Below are positions 11,184-24,789 of a DNA stretch of 50,267 nucleotides, in pieces (within the stretch, counting starts at the first letter, position 1; every line of letters starts with the position of its first letter). The notes below the pieces were generated by a model, which worked only from the letters and a program-made list of their open reading frames with translations, ran no database searches and had not been told where the DNA came from. Location: the NCBI GenBank assembly GCA_030167865.1, contig JALAGF010005359.1, positions 1 to 50,267 on the forward strand, in the 5' to 3' direction. The DNA comes from Craspedostauros australis. Lineage: Eukaryota. The position numbers and the translations under genes were made by a program.

Positions 11184-12329
11184 GCAACAACGCAACCCGT
11201 GGATGCTGATCAATAATGCGTCAATCATCTGCTCTGCCTCTACTTTGTCGCCCTTCATCATTCGACGCGCGAGTAGGAGTGGGCACAGAGGCTCAAGGAA
11301 GATGTGTGGATGCTCATCTTTTGCGTGTTGTTGTTGTCTGACGATTGCCGCGCCAAAATCAAATCGCGGTTCAAAACCGTTTCAAACTGCCAACTCCATG
11401 ATTGAGTCAATGCGAAACCGTTGATAACCGCCATTTTCACGATCGAAAACGGGACTGAATCGTTCTTTTCCGAAACGTGCGCATGCACGAACTGGTGGGA
11501 AAGGCACGATTGAATATTGACTCGTACGAACTTGTCGACTCCTTTGACTTGAAGAAGAAGCTTGGGCAGAAAGACGACGATCGAAGCGTGCTTGTTCGTT
11601 TTCCCTCTTCTTTTTTGCTCTTCGCTCGAGAAGAACGGAGAAGGACGGAAGATCACGATCGCAAGATCACAACACCACAACATCACGACGACGTGTGATG
11701 TCAACAAGAAGGCACGAACACAAAGGTGTCAGCCCTCTTGAGCCCACAACTTGTTGGAGAGAAGGAAAGGCAAACAACCAAAAAAGCAGATCCATCCTCC
11801 GAAGACAGCAAGTAACCAACCAACCAACCAACCAAACAACCAAACAACAGACTATTATAGAATACCAAGGAAGCAAGCAATTCAACAAGGGCAACAAGGG
11901 CAACAAGCCAGCGAGCAGCTCCCTCCGACAAACGGACAAACGAACGAAAGCAGCTACTGTTGCAATTGCAATCGCGACAAGACCAGTGCGAACTCGCAAG
12001 AGAAACAGCTCGGCGCGGAGTGCATCACGTATCCACAACCAGCCTTCGTGTTCCCGCACATCTCCAATAAGAACTCTTGGGAGAGCCCCACACTCAGGTC
12101 TTTTTGTCCATCAACTTCCCCTCTGTCCTCTCCAGTCTCCGTCCCCGTGTGGCGCGGCCGAATAGACGCAGCAGAAGGCAAAGCAAGGCAGAGGGCACCA
12201 AAGCAAAGGACAGAGCATCCGAAGAGAGCGCAGACCACTGCACTTTCCACTCTGCGAGCACCCACACAACTCATCGAAAGAGAACATCGCACAACACTCT
12301 GAATCCAGAACACCCGGCGAAGATCCAAA

Positions 12330-15300
12330 ATGGGATGCTCGCAAAGCTCAGAGGCGGCCGTCCAGAGCGGCACCAACCCCAACAACGAGGCAAGCCAACA
12401 AAAGCCTCCAGCGCCATCAACATCGACGCCAGCAGCGCCGAAGGAGACAGCTTCCGCAACACCCAACGGCACCGCCCGCGAAATTCAAACCAGCGCACAA
12501 GCAAAGGATGCCGCAACCGCAAGTACCGCAGCCACCATCACCACCAATGCCACGAAGAAGGCGGACAACGATGCAGAATCGTCAAACGAAGAGATGGCCT
12601 CCAAGGGTTCGGCTGGAACGCCACCCGATGAACCAGCGGCGAAGCCTGGGGCCCAAGGAGGATCATCGCTGCCGCCACGATCACCCGCCAGCAAAAACAT
12701 GGAGAATGCGCCGGTGATCAGGCAAGTCCCAACGAAGGACGGGCCGCCTGTGTCTCCATCCTCGCGGGATAGATTTGCGAGCTACGCATCTGGCGCATCG
12801 ACGCCCAATTCCAGCTCGGGCGATATCTCAGGTGCGTGGGGGGACGACATCACCGGGGGCGGCGGCGACGACGCGAGCACGGGCAGTTCGGGAAGATCGT
12901 CCAAGCCACGACGCACCAACAAAACGCTCAAGCACTCGGGCAGCGCCATCGGTCTCGATGAGATCCTCAACGACACAGACGGCAACCTTACGGCCAAGGT
13001 CGTGCATATCGAGGTGCCATTCGGCCGTCCCATCGAGGAGGTTTACGACGGCGTCCACGACGGTCCCGTGCTGGGATCGGGAGTTTCAGGACTGGTGCGA
13101 TTGGTCGAGCACAAGGCAACCGGCGTCAAGTACGCAGTTAAGTGCCTTGATCTGGGTCTCGTGGGATCCAAGGAAGGACTGGCGCAGCTGCGTGAAGAGA
13201 TCTTCATCATGTGCCAGCTCGACCATCCCAACATCGTCCGGTTAGAAGAGGTGTATGAGAGTCATTCCGAGATCTACCTCGTGCAAGAGCTTTGTCTGGG
13301 TGGCGAGCTCTTTGACAGGCTCGATGAGCAGCCGGACTATCATTACACGGAATCAGAATGCGCCAGACTCGTGAAGCAGATGCTGTCCGCCGTGCGTTAT
13401 CTGCACTCCAAGGGCATCATCCACCGCGATCTCAAGCTCGAGAACTTCCTCTTCTCCTCCACCGCCGCCGATTCAGAGCTCAAGATGATCGACTTCGGAC
13501 TCAGCAAGCATTTCCGCTTTGGTGAGGTCCACCACGAAGCCGTGGGCACGCCCTACACGGTCGCTCCCGAAGTCATCCGTGGTAACTACGACGAACGCTG
13601 TGACATTTGGGCCATTGGAGTCATCACCTTCCTGCTGCTCAGCGGCGACCCTCCGTTCGGAGGATGCGGTGGACCGGAACCGCTCATGACGGTGCGCTCC
13701 AACATCCTTCGCGGTGCATTCGAATTCGAACCGCAAGATATCTGGTCCCTCGTCAGCGAACGCGCCAGGGAGTTCATCCGAGCCATGCTGGTCACGGATC
13801 CTCAGAAACGTCCCACGGCCCGTGATTCGCAGAAGCACCTGTGGTTGCGCGAGTGGGCACACCGAGCACGCACGGAAACAGATGCGGCACTCAATTCCAA
13901 CGTCGTCAAGGCGCTCGTGGCATTCAAGGAGTTCTCCGACATGAGAAAACTCCTCTCCGAAGTCCTCAGCTTCACGCTTCTGCCAGATCAGATCAAGGAT
14001 CTGCGAAAGGAATTCGAGAAGATTGATACGGATGGATCCGGCGAGATTTCGCTCACCGCGCTAAAGCAGGTCCTGCTGGACAATGCTGGCGCAGGATCGC
14101 TGGGGGCCCTCACGGAATCGGAGGTGGAGGACATCTTCAACGCGATGCGAGTCAACAAGTCGGAGACGCGCATCCATTGGCACGAATTCGTGGCCGCAGG
14201 TCTGAGCCAATGCCGTGTGGACGATCGCAACCTGCGTTTGGCGTTCGATCGATTGGACAGCAATCACAAGGGCGTAAGTATCACGATGCGTTCTGTGTGT
14301 CGTGTCTTGCTATATGCCTGTGTGTGCATGGTGTGTGCATTGTGTGTGTTTGTATGAGACGCAATATCAATGAGACAGCCAGCATCCTTGATGGGATGTT
14401 GTCATTGCCGAGGACATGCCCATGCTGTGGCGCTGAATGATAAATCTCTCCTTCTTTCACCTCCCTCTCATTCACTCATTTGCGCATGTCCGTATTTTCT
14501 TCGTCCAACTGACACCATCTGTTGCCGTGCACGCGATTTCGGAACTGCACACAACCTGTATCTGAATGTTGCTATCTGCTGGGGAATGATGACCCACAAT
14601 GCAATACCGCACCATATCGTATCATGCCACACCATATCACATACTACTACTCCACGTTTGGCAGTACATCACATTGGATGACATCATGGATCTGGTTGGA
14701 ACCAACGACATGCAGAACGAAGAATCGACGCGCAAAATGTGGCAGGAGAGTATGAAGGCGGTCAACTGCATCCAGGCCAGGATCACGTATGATGACTTCC
14801 TGCTCCTCATGAAAGGGCAAGAGCGCAAGGCGCCGAGGCGCAAGAGCTTCGAGCAATCCACCCTCGCGGCTGCGCTTGCGATGCCCTTGCCAAACAGCGA
14901 GATCTCTTCGACTGGAAGTCTCACTCCAAAGCCAGATCCAACCTTGCAGGATTCGACGAAGGGCGAAGTCATGCAGCTTCATCCTTTGCCCAACCTTCAG
15001 CCACAAGATGAGACCAAGGCTGCGGTCCCCTCGCCGATCATGAGTTCCCCAAGGCGGGCCAGCTCCGCATCCCCACCCGGAAGGAAGATGATCGCAGAGG
15101 TTCTCCCAGTGCCGGAGCACGAGGAGGCAAAGGGGTTGGACGTCACCCTCACGCCAACCTTCCCATCCAGACCAGCTGGCGCTGATTTGGGAGGACGCAA
15201 ACGTTCATTATCGCTGACTGACAAGGACATGGACACGCGTACCATCTCTGATGATTTGATGCCAAAATTCGGATACGACGCACGTCGTGCGTTGGCAATC

Positions 15301-16008
15301 ACAGAGGTTGCGCCAGGAGCCCCCAAGTCGGCGCTGGCAGCCAACAAGCAACTCTACCGCGCCCACAGACAGATGCGGCTGGCCGTGCTGGAGGCATCCC
15401 GCCGATTCGAGGAGAAGCAGGTGCATCGAGCACGTGATGTCCTCATCGCGCAGAAAGAGGCGGAGAGCGCCATCCAGGGTGCCGGTCTTGTCATGCGACA
15501 TGGAACCCGTGCCCAGGTCACCTCTGATGCGATTCGCGGATATCTGCAAAAGACCCAGCAGGAGCAACAGCAGCTCGTCGAGAAGAGCAGCAGACGAGGT
15601 GGACGTGGACGATCCGCTCGCAAGAAGACCGTGTCCGACATGAGCGAAATGATGTCCGGCAGCCTGGGACAGGACGAATTGAGCTTGATCACCGCCAAAA
15701 TCGGATCGGTGACACCGAAGACTGACAAGAGCATTTTCCAGCAATCCACCGGCAACATCGGCCTTCCCGAGCTCACGGAGGGGCAGGTCGCATCCGCACC
15801 ACCCATGCCCGTCCTATCGAGCCACGTGTCGATACCAGAGGTCAAGGTCGTGGACCGTCCCGACATACGGAAGGCCACCGTGCCAGGAAACTTCCAGAAG
15901 ACGCAGGATCCATTCAGCTCGGTTGGTCTGTACGGCGCGGCGAGGTTAGACACCGTGGCCAAGATCACCGGCGAACTTCCTTCCGATAGCGCAACACCGC
16001 AGGAATAG
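12330..16008 (+). CDS. Calcium-dependent protein kinase (CDPK-like), N-acylated, with long C-terminal extension
   Basis: Exons are 12330-14273 and 14665-16008 (gtaagt...gcag). The junction rebuilds the EF-hand DSNHKG|YITLDD. The MGCxxS start suggests myristoylation/palmitoylation. Kinase motifs are GSGVSG, YAVK, HRDLKLEN, DFG and APE, followed by a junction region and EF-hand domain. Confidence 0.92.
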
Positions 16009-16423
16009 ATTTATCTCCCGATGCTCTGTTGCACGAGTATTCAGGTCAGAAAATGTGTGAATGCAAGTGCAAGCTTGCTGGAGGAAATTGCTCAAAGTCT
16101 ACGCGTAAGCATTGAAAAGAATAGTTTCGAAGTCTATTTTCATGTATCGATGATTGATTCTTCGCAACGACAAGCCCGGGCATCCGCTCTACGAGTCCTC
16201 ATGCCAGTGTGGTGCGACGCAGTATCCGTCCCGACATGTGCTCGTTCTTGTGGCAGGCAAGCACGATTGGGAGTTGCTGATCTTGCTTGGACGTACCATC
16301 CGTCGCAGTTGTTCGGCGATGCAAGCAACCACTAGAGTAAGCAAGCCAGTCCGCAGCCCACAGGCCACAGTCCTCTATCGACATGTACTGGGACTCCTCC
16401 TCCTGCTTCTACGACCGCATCGG

Positions 16424-19400
16424 TCAAGCGGATCGGCCCATCGGTTTCAGATGTGCGGGCGAGCTCATGATGGAGTGCATAGTTGCCAGCTGCTGGATCG
16501 TAACTTCCTGGTGCTGCGCCATCAGGTGCGATATCATCTTGTACAATCTCATGATCAGCTTAGGCTGTTCTGTCTCCAAACGTTCGATGTTTTCGATGGG
16601 AAGATGATGAAGTCTGCAATGAGAGATGGCAACTGTCTGGCCAGGACTGCTAACTCCTGTCGTAAGTTCAGTCATTCCACAGACCCTGCATGGAGATGCA
16701 AGAAAAGTGATCAAGGCAGCATTTTGGTGCATACGAGCATGCGCAAGGAAGCAAGCATGGGAGTGTCCGAGTATGAAGAGCAGAGTAGAGTGGAGATGAG
16801 TGGAGAGCGCATGAAGCTCGACAACGGTGAGAGGAGGCGAGATCCAATACAGTACCAACTTCAATGCATGCATCCTTTCAATCGCCAATCCACCTCCACA
16901 CGCATTGGCTTACCAACCAGGACCGATACGTGCCAAGCGAAAATTCGTGGTGGGCCTCTTGTTCGATCCCAACCTTGATGCCATGGCACGGATGTTCAGT
17001 GTGGTCGATCTGGCATGCAACTTCGTCAGCGTGTTGGCTCCTGCTTCTGTTCTTCCGAGCGACACGCTCGGTTGGCGTTGGGATAACGACATGTGACTTC
17101 TGGATCGATTGAATGTCTCCGATGTCTTCCTTTCGATCTTCAGCAATCCCCATTGCACAAAGTACAACCCTCTCCTGCATGCTTCTACCGGTTGCGAGTC
17201 GTAATTTTCAAACAGGGCTTGTCCTGGTTCCAATTCGACGCTCTCAGTGAACTCTGCCAACCCAACCAGATCTTGTGCGAAGTTCTGGTTGTGCTGCTGG
17301 TCGATCTGGAAGAGGGCGTGCCGGAATCCATCGCTCGCGTTGGCATTGACAAGGTGCTGTGGTTGGATGTATTCTGTTTGCACATTGTGTGCTTTGAGCA
17401 GGTAGTCTTCCGCTCTACCAAGCGCCGCGTCCAAGTCTGCAAAGAAGCGCAGCAATCGTTGTGCTCGCGGAGTGTTGGTTTCGGGCTTCAAGCCAACCAG
17501 TGCGAAGGCCTTGCGGATCGAAGATGGCATGCCGCACAGGAACAGCTTGCAACCATTTGCCTTGCACAGCGACTTGACATCATTGAAAACATCCACCGTG
17601 GATGTATCCATCCCGCTGATCAATGACAGGTCGATAAGGAGGACCTCGGGTTTGGGAATGAGCACGATCTGATTGAGATGCTCGCCCTCGATGTCTTCGA
17701 ACATGGTCGTGATGTAGCTGAACAGCGAATTGGCGTTGCCGAAGAACAGGTAGTTCTGCAGCACCAGCACCTGGATGAAGTCGCCGTTGTCGTCCAGCCA
17801 TTCGGAGCTGGGAATGGGTCGCTCGATGCTGCTGCGAATCTGAACGGCGGTCGCGGCGTACTTGACTGATCCGACCTTGAAGAAGGCACCCACGAAGACG
17901 AACGTGGATATGCCGACGCCCAGGAAAACGGCATTGAGAAAGCCGACCACCAAAGAGAAGAGGACGATGATTGGATTGACGGACCACTCCCAGATATCCT
18001 GCGTCTTGCGGAAGGATCGGAAGAACCACACCGTGAAGGTGTCCACCGCTCCCAACACCAGGAGTGAAGAGAATGCTGCCTTGGGAATGTACTGCACCAT
18101 CTCAAAGCTGGTCAGGTAGAAGATGGCCAGTAGGAGGATCGAACCCAGCTGCGGCGCGTACCCTTCGGCCCCGATAGCGTACATGGTGTTGGATGTGGCG
18201 ACTGTCGGGCAGCATCCAAAACCACCGCAGAACGCCACCATGCAGAGACTGTAGCCATACTCCAAGAAGATATCTTCCAGACTGACTTTTGGGGTATTGG
18301 CCTTCACCTCAACGTATCCGTTGTCGTCTTCCTCATTGCTCCCCGGTATCTGGCGTACCGTCGGGTGTTCTGAAAACGCCAGATCGAACTCGCCGGCGAT
18401 GTCGGATGTGTTACGTGGTCGAAATGGTGTTTTGGACGGTGATAGTTGCGACATGCTCGACGGATTTGCAAGCTGATTCTCGCTCAAGCTCATGGATACT
18501 TGCTGGTACCCTTGCTGGATGCTGCCAACCATGTCTGAGGCGAATCGAAACGACTTTGTGTGTGTCAGCGATTCTCTCATTGTGGGCGCGTGGGTGCGAT
18601 CGCGCTGGTTGTGGTCGTTCCTCAATAATGTGTCATCGTGGGCGATGCTTGTCGTATTGGGTGACGTGGCTGTGGATGGCGCAACAGGAACTCTCCGGAC
18701 GAGGTTGCCAACGTTCTTCTTCAACGCGCTGGCATGGATGGATGATCGCAGCAAGTACAGGACCGCCAGAGATGCCATGGAGGACAGGCCCTCCCATACG
18801 GCCACCCAGTCGACGGCGTCGTTATGGAACAAGACGGAGATGCCCCCAAACGGAGCAGGTGGTGAGGACCATGATCGGAAGCCAACCGGCGTGTCCTTCT
18901 CGAAGACCAGTTGATCGCGGCTCCAGAACCAACCATCTGCCTGCGCTTCCTTCAGCGACGTTCCCGTGCACCACATGACGAGGTAGAAGACGACCTGCGT
19001 GGCGAGCAGAACGAAGATGACAGAGAATGGATTCTTGGGACCGAGTCTATTCATGATGATTCCGATGAAGAGGCTCGGGAGATGATGGACGAGAGAATTG
19101 ATGATGACGGACGGGTCCTTGGATTGTATGAAGACCGCCTGCCACGTGAGGCCGCTGGTGTCCACCGAGAACGCCAGCGCCCACAGGAGCACGCCCACAG
19201 CCGAGAAGAAACCGCATAGCACCGAATAGGGCAGGAAGGTCCCAAGGTTCGCCAGCTTGAAGGAGGCCGCGAGCTGCAGCAGCAGTCCCGCCCACAGCAT
19301 TCCGATTCCTACCAGGACGGCGAACGTGGCGTAGAATTGCAATTCGGGGTAGGATTCGGCGTCGTTGGATCTGCGCCTGTGCTGCTCGACAAGTGTCGTG

Positions 19401-20386
19401 TCGACGATGACTGCGGCATCCGCGAGGAACGGAGCCAGGAAGAGATCGATCGAAGGGTACACGGCAGGTATGTGCGAGCCCAATCGGAAGATGTAGAGCG
19501 GCCCCGCGAACAAGATGCCGACTGTGGACATCTTGGCCATGGCACCGAGGATGGATTGCGAGGACGATGATGGGCGCTGGATGGCACTTCCCATCGCCAG
19601 GCAGAAGACGACGTGGTAGAGCAGGAACATGAACGAACCGGCGATGGTGGTGGGATGCAACCACTGCGATGTGCGGGCTCTATTCACAACTTGGCGGAAG
19701 CGATCGAGGAGAGAGCGACGTTCACGATTGGCTGGATGAGTGCTGGTGGTGGTGGTCGTGATGGTGATGGTGGGATTCCCATTACCATTGGTTGAGTTGG
19801 CTGCTCCTTTCGTCTCGGCCTCCTTCTCAAACATTCTCAACAGCGATGCATTCCCATAGTTGGTATTTGCAGTCCTGATGTTGCCATCGATGGTAGCCTT
19901 GGTATTGCTGGTGGTACCGGCACCGTTGGTGAACAGCAACGACGTCATTTCGTTGGCCGATCCACCTTCTTGGTTGGATGCTCCCGCCATCATTGATCGA
20001 GGACCGTAGGCCACCGCCTGGGTGGGCGATGGAGCGGGTCGGTCATGCTGGTGTGTTGCATTCGTATGTGACACCGTCGTATCCCTGTTCAGTTGCGACG
20101 ATGGACGTGGGATCTTGATTGCCGATGACAACAGCGCCGGTTGTGCTTGCGCCGGTGGAGGCGGTGGCTGGAAGAGGCGAGTCAAGCCGGGTGCAGATGC
20201 CGATGCGGGTGCCAATGGCGGCAGCGAGGCACTTGTTGCAGGTTGAGCGAAGAGATCCATCAGCGGAGCAGCGCCGGCGGATCCTGCTGCAGTATTCATC
20301 GGCGGAACACCAGCTTGACCATTGCGTTGGCCTTGGTCCTGATCTTGGGACGTCTCGTCAGCACCTTCGTCTGTTTGGGATGCCAT
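16424..20386 (-). CDS. SulP/SLC26-family transporter with STAS and cyclic-nucleotide-binding-like domains
   Basis: Exons are 20386-16914 and 16685-16424 (gtaagc...gcag; junction GPGW|VCG). It has a multi-TM core (LGTFLPYSVLCGFFSAVG), STAS (LQNYLFFGNA...IDLSLISGMDTS) and a cNMP-like C-terminus (GLYFVQWGLLKI...ARIGPGW). The start at MASQT is inferred. Confidence 0.9.
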
Positions 20387-21412
20387 CGTGATTGTTAAAG
20401 TGCACAAGTAACTACTGTAGACGCTTTGGCCTGTTGTTGCGTGCCCTGGTCGGAGCTCTTGTTCTTTATTTGTGAGTTGTCTGAAGACAATCCCCCGACC
20501 AGTATTTTGACTAATATGATTAGTAAAGAAGTACGAGGGTACAGAGAAAGTTGTCAGTGATGATCGCTGAATTGTGCCAATCGAACTTCTGATCTTCGTT
20601 CTTGCGCTGTTCCTTGCTTTGCACAGATTCCTAACCGGAACCCTCGCGTTTCCCTCTTCCAAGATCCTTCTGTGGCAGAAAGTTGGCCAGCGTGGAAATC
20701 CGCTATTCTTGGAAGATTTGTGTGGAGTTGCGAGAAATTCCATCTTTGTTGCTCTTGGATGTATCTGTTGTGGTACCAAAGACATCGTTTTGGAGGGAGT
20801 TCGGTTCGGTCGGATGAGTCAATCGTGTTGTTCGCGATCGATTCGTGGGGACGTTGCCCAAGCTTGTCGTTTCGATCAAAATGACACGGCGCAACGCGAA
20901 TTGCGGCGCAAAGGAGAGACTGGAGATCCAAATAGAACACAAGGCCATTGATCGTACCTTGCGGCTACTTCTACCCAATACGAGTAGAGACGGTGTCCGG
21001 ATCCGCGCCTTCACCTGCAACTTCATTTACCTACTATACACCTTCACTTCGGTGGTGTCATCATCTGCACTGACTACGGACATCCGAAGAGACGAGGAAA
21101 GGAGGGAGAGAGAGGGTGCTGAGGATACAAACCTTCATCGCGTTGCGAGCGACTCTGGCGCGTTTGACAGACCGCAATACTCTCCAGGTACCCTGCGAGT
21201 GCTCTGCCCAACTCCGTTCTGCGAATAGATCTTGCTCCACGCTCAATTCGTACAAACACGAGAATCCTCGGACCACAGCATAACCGCGAATAGACGAGCA
21301 CGAACGGGAGAAATCACGGGCCGAACAGCCAAACTGCCTCACCGTTGCTGGCAACAGAAAGGGTTGGAGATCACGCAGCACATCGTGGAAACAGCGCAGG
21401 TTCTTGTGCAAA

Positions 21413-23116
21413 ATGGCGTCGCAGAGATGCACGAGCGGATTCCCCCACGTTGCGCTCACTGCGGGATGGCTTCTGATCCTGCTGGCGGGACAGCCAAGGA
21501 GCGCCATGGCAGAGGATAGAACGCGGCTTCCCTTGGACATCGATGTCGCACCTGCCAGCGTCTCCAATCGGATTGATGCCGTCATTCACGGTGACGGGTA
21601 TCTCGATTTCTCGTCGCTCGTGTTCGAATCTACCGGACAAGGCACGGCAGACGATGGCGACGATGGTCAGAGCATCATCAATGCGACCAAGAAGCACATC
21701 CATATCGTCGAGGTCGCAGTTTTTGGGTACGATCCCGATCAGAAGGAAGAGATAGAATCCAGCGACGACAGCGACAGCGACAGCAACAGCAACAGCAACA
21801 GCAGCACAACTTCGCCTTGGAACAAGCTGGGCGAGCTCGGCCTTGGGTCGGTGGGTGATGATGGTATTTTCTACAAATGCTGCACAACAAAGGCGCTGCA
21901 GGAGAAAGCCTGTTTGAAGAAGAACTACGGACGTCTCATCGTCCATGATGGCATTTTCTTTGGAGACGTCTTGCCACTTCGTTTCGTTGATCAGAATGGG
22001 AAGCCGACCAACACGGCATCCTTCCCACCTGGTTTCCTTGGCACGATCTTCCTGGAGGGAACGGGACACGTCTCCGTCATTGTTGGCAATTGCAACCCCT
22101 ACTCGCTCAACCTGCACGTGCACGGAGAGCTGGTGGAGCTGTCGTACGCAGCCGACAATGATATACCCTTCTACATCTTCATGGTGTCCTTGCACGTCCT
22201 TCTCTTGCTCTGGTACCGCATCCTCATGCAGAGGCACTCCGATGAACGCATCAAGCTCGAGGAATGGATATTCTGCACCATCTGCGTGGCCGCGCTGGAT
22301 CTCATCTTCCACATGACGTACAAAACAGTCATTGCCAACTCGGATCATGATGTATTGTGGTTGGATGCCGCGACCACCCTCATGCATGGGTTCAAGCACG
22401 GCATGAGCCGGTGTCTTTACGTCATGGTGTCGCTGGGATGGGGCGTCGTCCGCGAAACTTTGGCCAAACGCACCATGCGCTGCCTCTACGTCCTCACGAT
22501 TATGTACATCGTCTCGGTGTCGCTGTACGACATCTTCAGGATATTCGGGCTCTACGAGGACAGCGAGGCCGCCGACCATTTCATGGTCGATACGTCGATC
22601 ATGGTCCTGGCCTGCGACATCATCTTCTTCATCTGGATTCCTTTCGGCCTCTTCCGAACGATGGCGGCCCTGCGGCTATACCGACAGGAGCGCAAGCTGG
22701 AACGGTACGTCTGGCTGTGGCGCATCTTCATGTTCGCCGTGGTCGTGTACGTCGGCATGGTCATCCTCTTCATTTTCGATGCCATCAGCAACAAGAGCAA
22801 GGACATTGACGAGCTCACGTTGGAGCGCAGTGGCGAGATCGTCTACCTCATCGTCTTGACGTGCATCGCGTACCTGTGGCGACCAAACCCGCAGGCCAAA
22901 TTGTATTCCAGCTACCAGGTGATGGAATCGATGTACTTCGATGATGAGGATGGTGACGAAGGGGGAAACGGCGACGTCAATGGAGGCGATGGTTACGACA
23001 TGACGTTGGACACGGATGATTTGGACATTGATCTCGATTTGGATTTGGATTACCCCGACGATGAAGACATATCAGGTCTCGAAATGACGTCGTCGCAGCA
23101 ACAGCAGCACCGCTGA
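21413..23116 (+). CDS. GOST / lung seven-transmembrane family protein (TMEM87/GPR107/PTM1-like)
   Basis: Signal peptide, luminal domain with a CC...C pair, seven hydrophobic segments with VSLGWGVVR and LWRP motifs, and an acidic C-terminal tail. Confidence 0.88.
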   Translation: MASQRCTSGFPHVALTAGWLLILLAGQPRSAMAEDRTRLPLDIDVAPASVSNRIDAVIHGDGYLDFSSLVFESTGQGTADDGDDGQSIINATKKHIHIVEVAVFGYDPDQKEEIESSDDSDSDSNSNSNSSTTSPWNKLGELGLGSVGDDGIFYKCCTTKALQEKACLKKNYGRLIVHDGIFFGDVLPLRFVDQNGKPTNTASFPPGFLGTIFLEGTGHVSVIVGNCNPYSLNLHVHGELVELSYAADNDIPFYIFMVSLHVLLLLWYRILMQRHSDERIKLEEWIFCTICVAALDLIFHMTYKTVIANSDHDVLWLDAATTLMHGFKHGMSRCLYVMVSLGWGVVRETLAKRTMRCLYVLTIMYIVSVSLYDIFRIFGLYEDSEAADHFMVDTSIMVLACDIIFFIWIPFGLFRTMAALRLYRQERKLERYVWLWRIFMFAVVVYVGMVILFIFDAISNKSKDIDELTLERSGEIVYLIVLTCIAYLWRPNPQAKLYSSYQVMESMYFDDEDGDEGGNGDVNGGDGYDMTLDTDDLDIDLDLDLDYPDDEDISGLEMTSSQQQQHR

Positions 23117-23343
23117 GATCCCAAATTGTGCATGCATACGCGTACGCATTGCATCAAGGCATACATTTGTAGTAATACTCTCTTGTGCGATGTCGGAGAC
23201 ATTCTTAAGTATTTTACAAGTAGATACGCCCACAGTTGTGTGGAGAGACAATCCATTCCACCATGCATTGTAGGTTCGTGTTCTGTCGAGTTCACATTCA
23301 CGAGTACAACACCTTTCCAACGGACAAAAGACTCACAAACTCA

Positions 23344-23631
23344 TCACGCCTCCACGTGCGGTGGGATCCCAACATCCATCCGTCGGCAGGAATTGCAGTG
23401 AAAGTATTCAATCCTCGCAATGCGATCCATTTGGGAACCGAGATCCCTCCATTCCTCGGCGAAGTACCGCATGTGCAACTCTTCGACTGGCGTGGGTCGA
23501 CGACCAAAGAGGCGTTGCAGCAACGTCCTTCTCACACACTGCTGACGGATTGGCGACGTGCGCTGCCGTATTCGGTGGAACCATTGCATGGCGGACAGGT
23601 CCTGCAGTTGTTCTCCCACTTGCTGCTCATC

Positions 23632-23667
<36 letters not shown>

Positions 23668-24789
23668 TGCTTGAGCGCCATCTTTGGGCAGGAACTGTTG
23701 CGAGGGATCGAACGATGCCGCGAACGTCTGCAGAAGTTGTTGCATGTCGCTGGCCGGTTTGGTTGCGATATATTTCGGCAAGTGCTGGAATCGACGCAGC
23801 AATCGCAGACAGGCAACGTATGCATCATCCGAGGTGTGATCCCATGTCTGCTGCAACGCGATCAGGGACCGGTCCCAATATTGCATTGCCTCGCAGGCAA
23901 TATCATCGCAAGAACGGAACAGCGATGCATATTGCATCGAAAAGTCGTGCGGGCCGTCGGCTTTGCAGTTCGCCAATGAAATCGCCAGCATCTGGTAACA
24001 CACTGCCACATCCAGATACGGACCATGCACGGTCTCGGCTGCGTGCTGCTGCAACAGCTGATGCACGATCGCGTGTGATGACTTCCAAAATTGCATTGGG
24101 ATCACTTCCAAACCTTGCGTAGCGTTGCGCAGCAGCAGATGGAGATCCACCAAATGGTGCTGTATTCCGCTCATCAGCCCCAGCGTCTGCGTGCGTCGTT
24201 GGAGGTAGGCAGGATTACGCAAGTAGTCCATCGCGCGGCCGTAGCAATTGAAGTGCGTGATGTAAATTCTTGGGAACGCCGTGAACATGCGCAGTTGGGT
24301 TGCAGTCGTCGTCGATGTTGGGGGAACTGCTGACGATGTCGATGCAGCAGCGAGGTTGCTGTCATATTCCTGCATTGCACCTTCCAAGGCTTGACACATG
24401 ACTTGGATGCTGCCGCTGCCCTTGCCATTGTCGAGATAGGTTCGTTGGATGTGGAACTTGCGACATAGCTTCTTGAAACGCCGATGGGCCGTAGCGTTGC
24501 GTGTGTGCTCCTGCCGATTCTTGCTGACGTTCCATGCGTACGCAGGTGCATGGAGCTGCCGCAGGTCATCGAGGAACCGCGACAAGATCGATGCATCGAT
24601 TCTGCGGAAGCCGTCGTTGCCGTCGTCCTTGCTGCCGCTGTGGCCGACGGTCTCCCCGAACAGATCGAGCGCGAAGTATAAGCACGTGAGGAAGATCACA
24701 ACGACAACGAACTTGCCCACGTCTTCATGAATCGGGAGCTGCAGAGACTCCAGAATGTTGATCACCCTCACTCCACCATCTCCCGTCAT
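23344..24789 (-). CDS. Hypothetical protein with N-terminal transmembrane anchor and poly-Gln tract
   Basis: Open frame of about 480 aa from ATG 24789. It has a hydrophobic segment (FVVVVIFLTCLYFALDLF), a helical-looking body and a Q11 tract. I recognise no domain. Confidence 0.65.

Noticed and set aside
20387..20785. Extra 133 aa upstream of MASQT in the SulP ORF
   Set aside because: The composition is AT-richer and UTR-like. It cannot be excluded, but nothing supports it.
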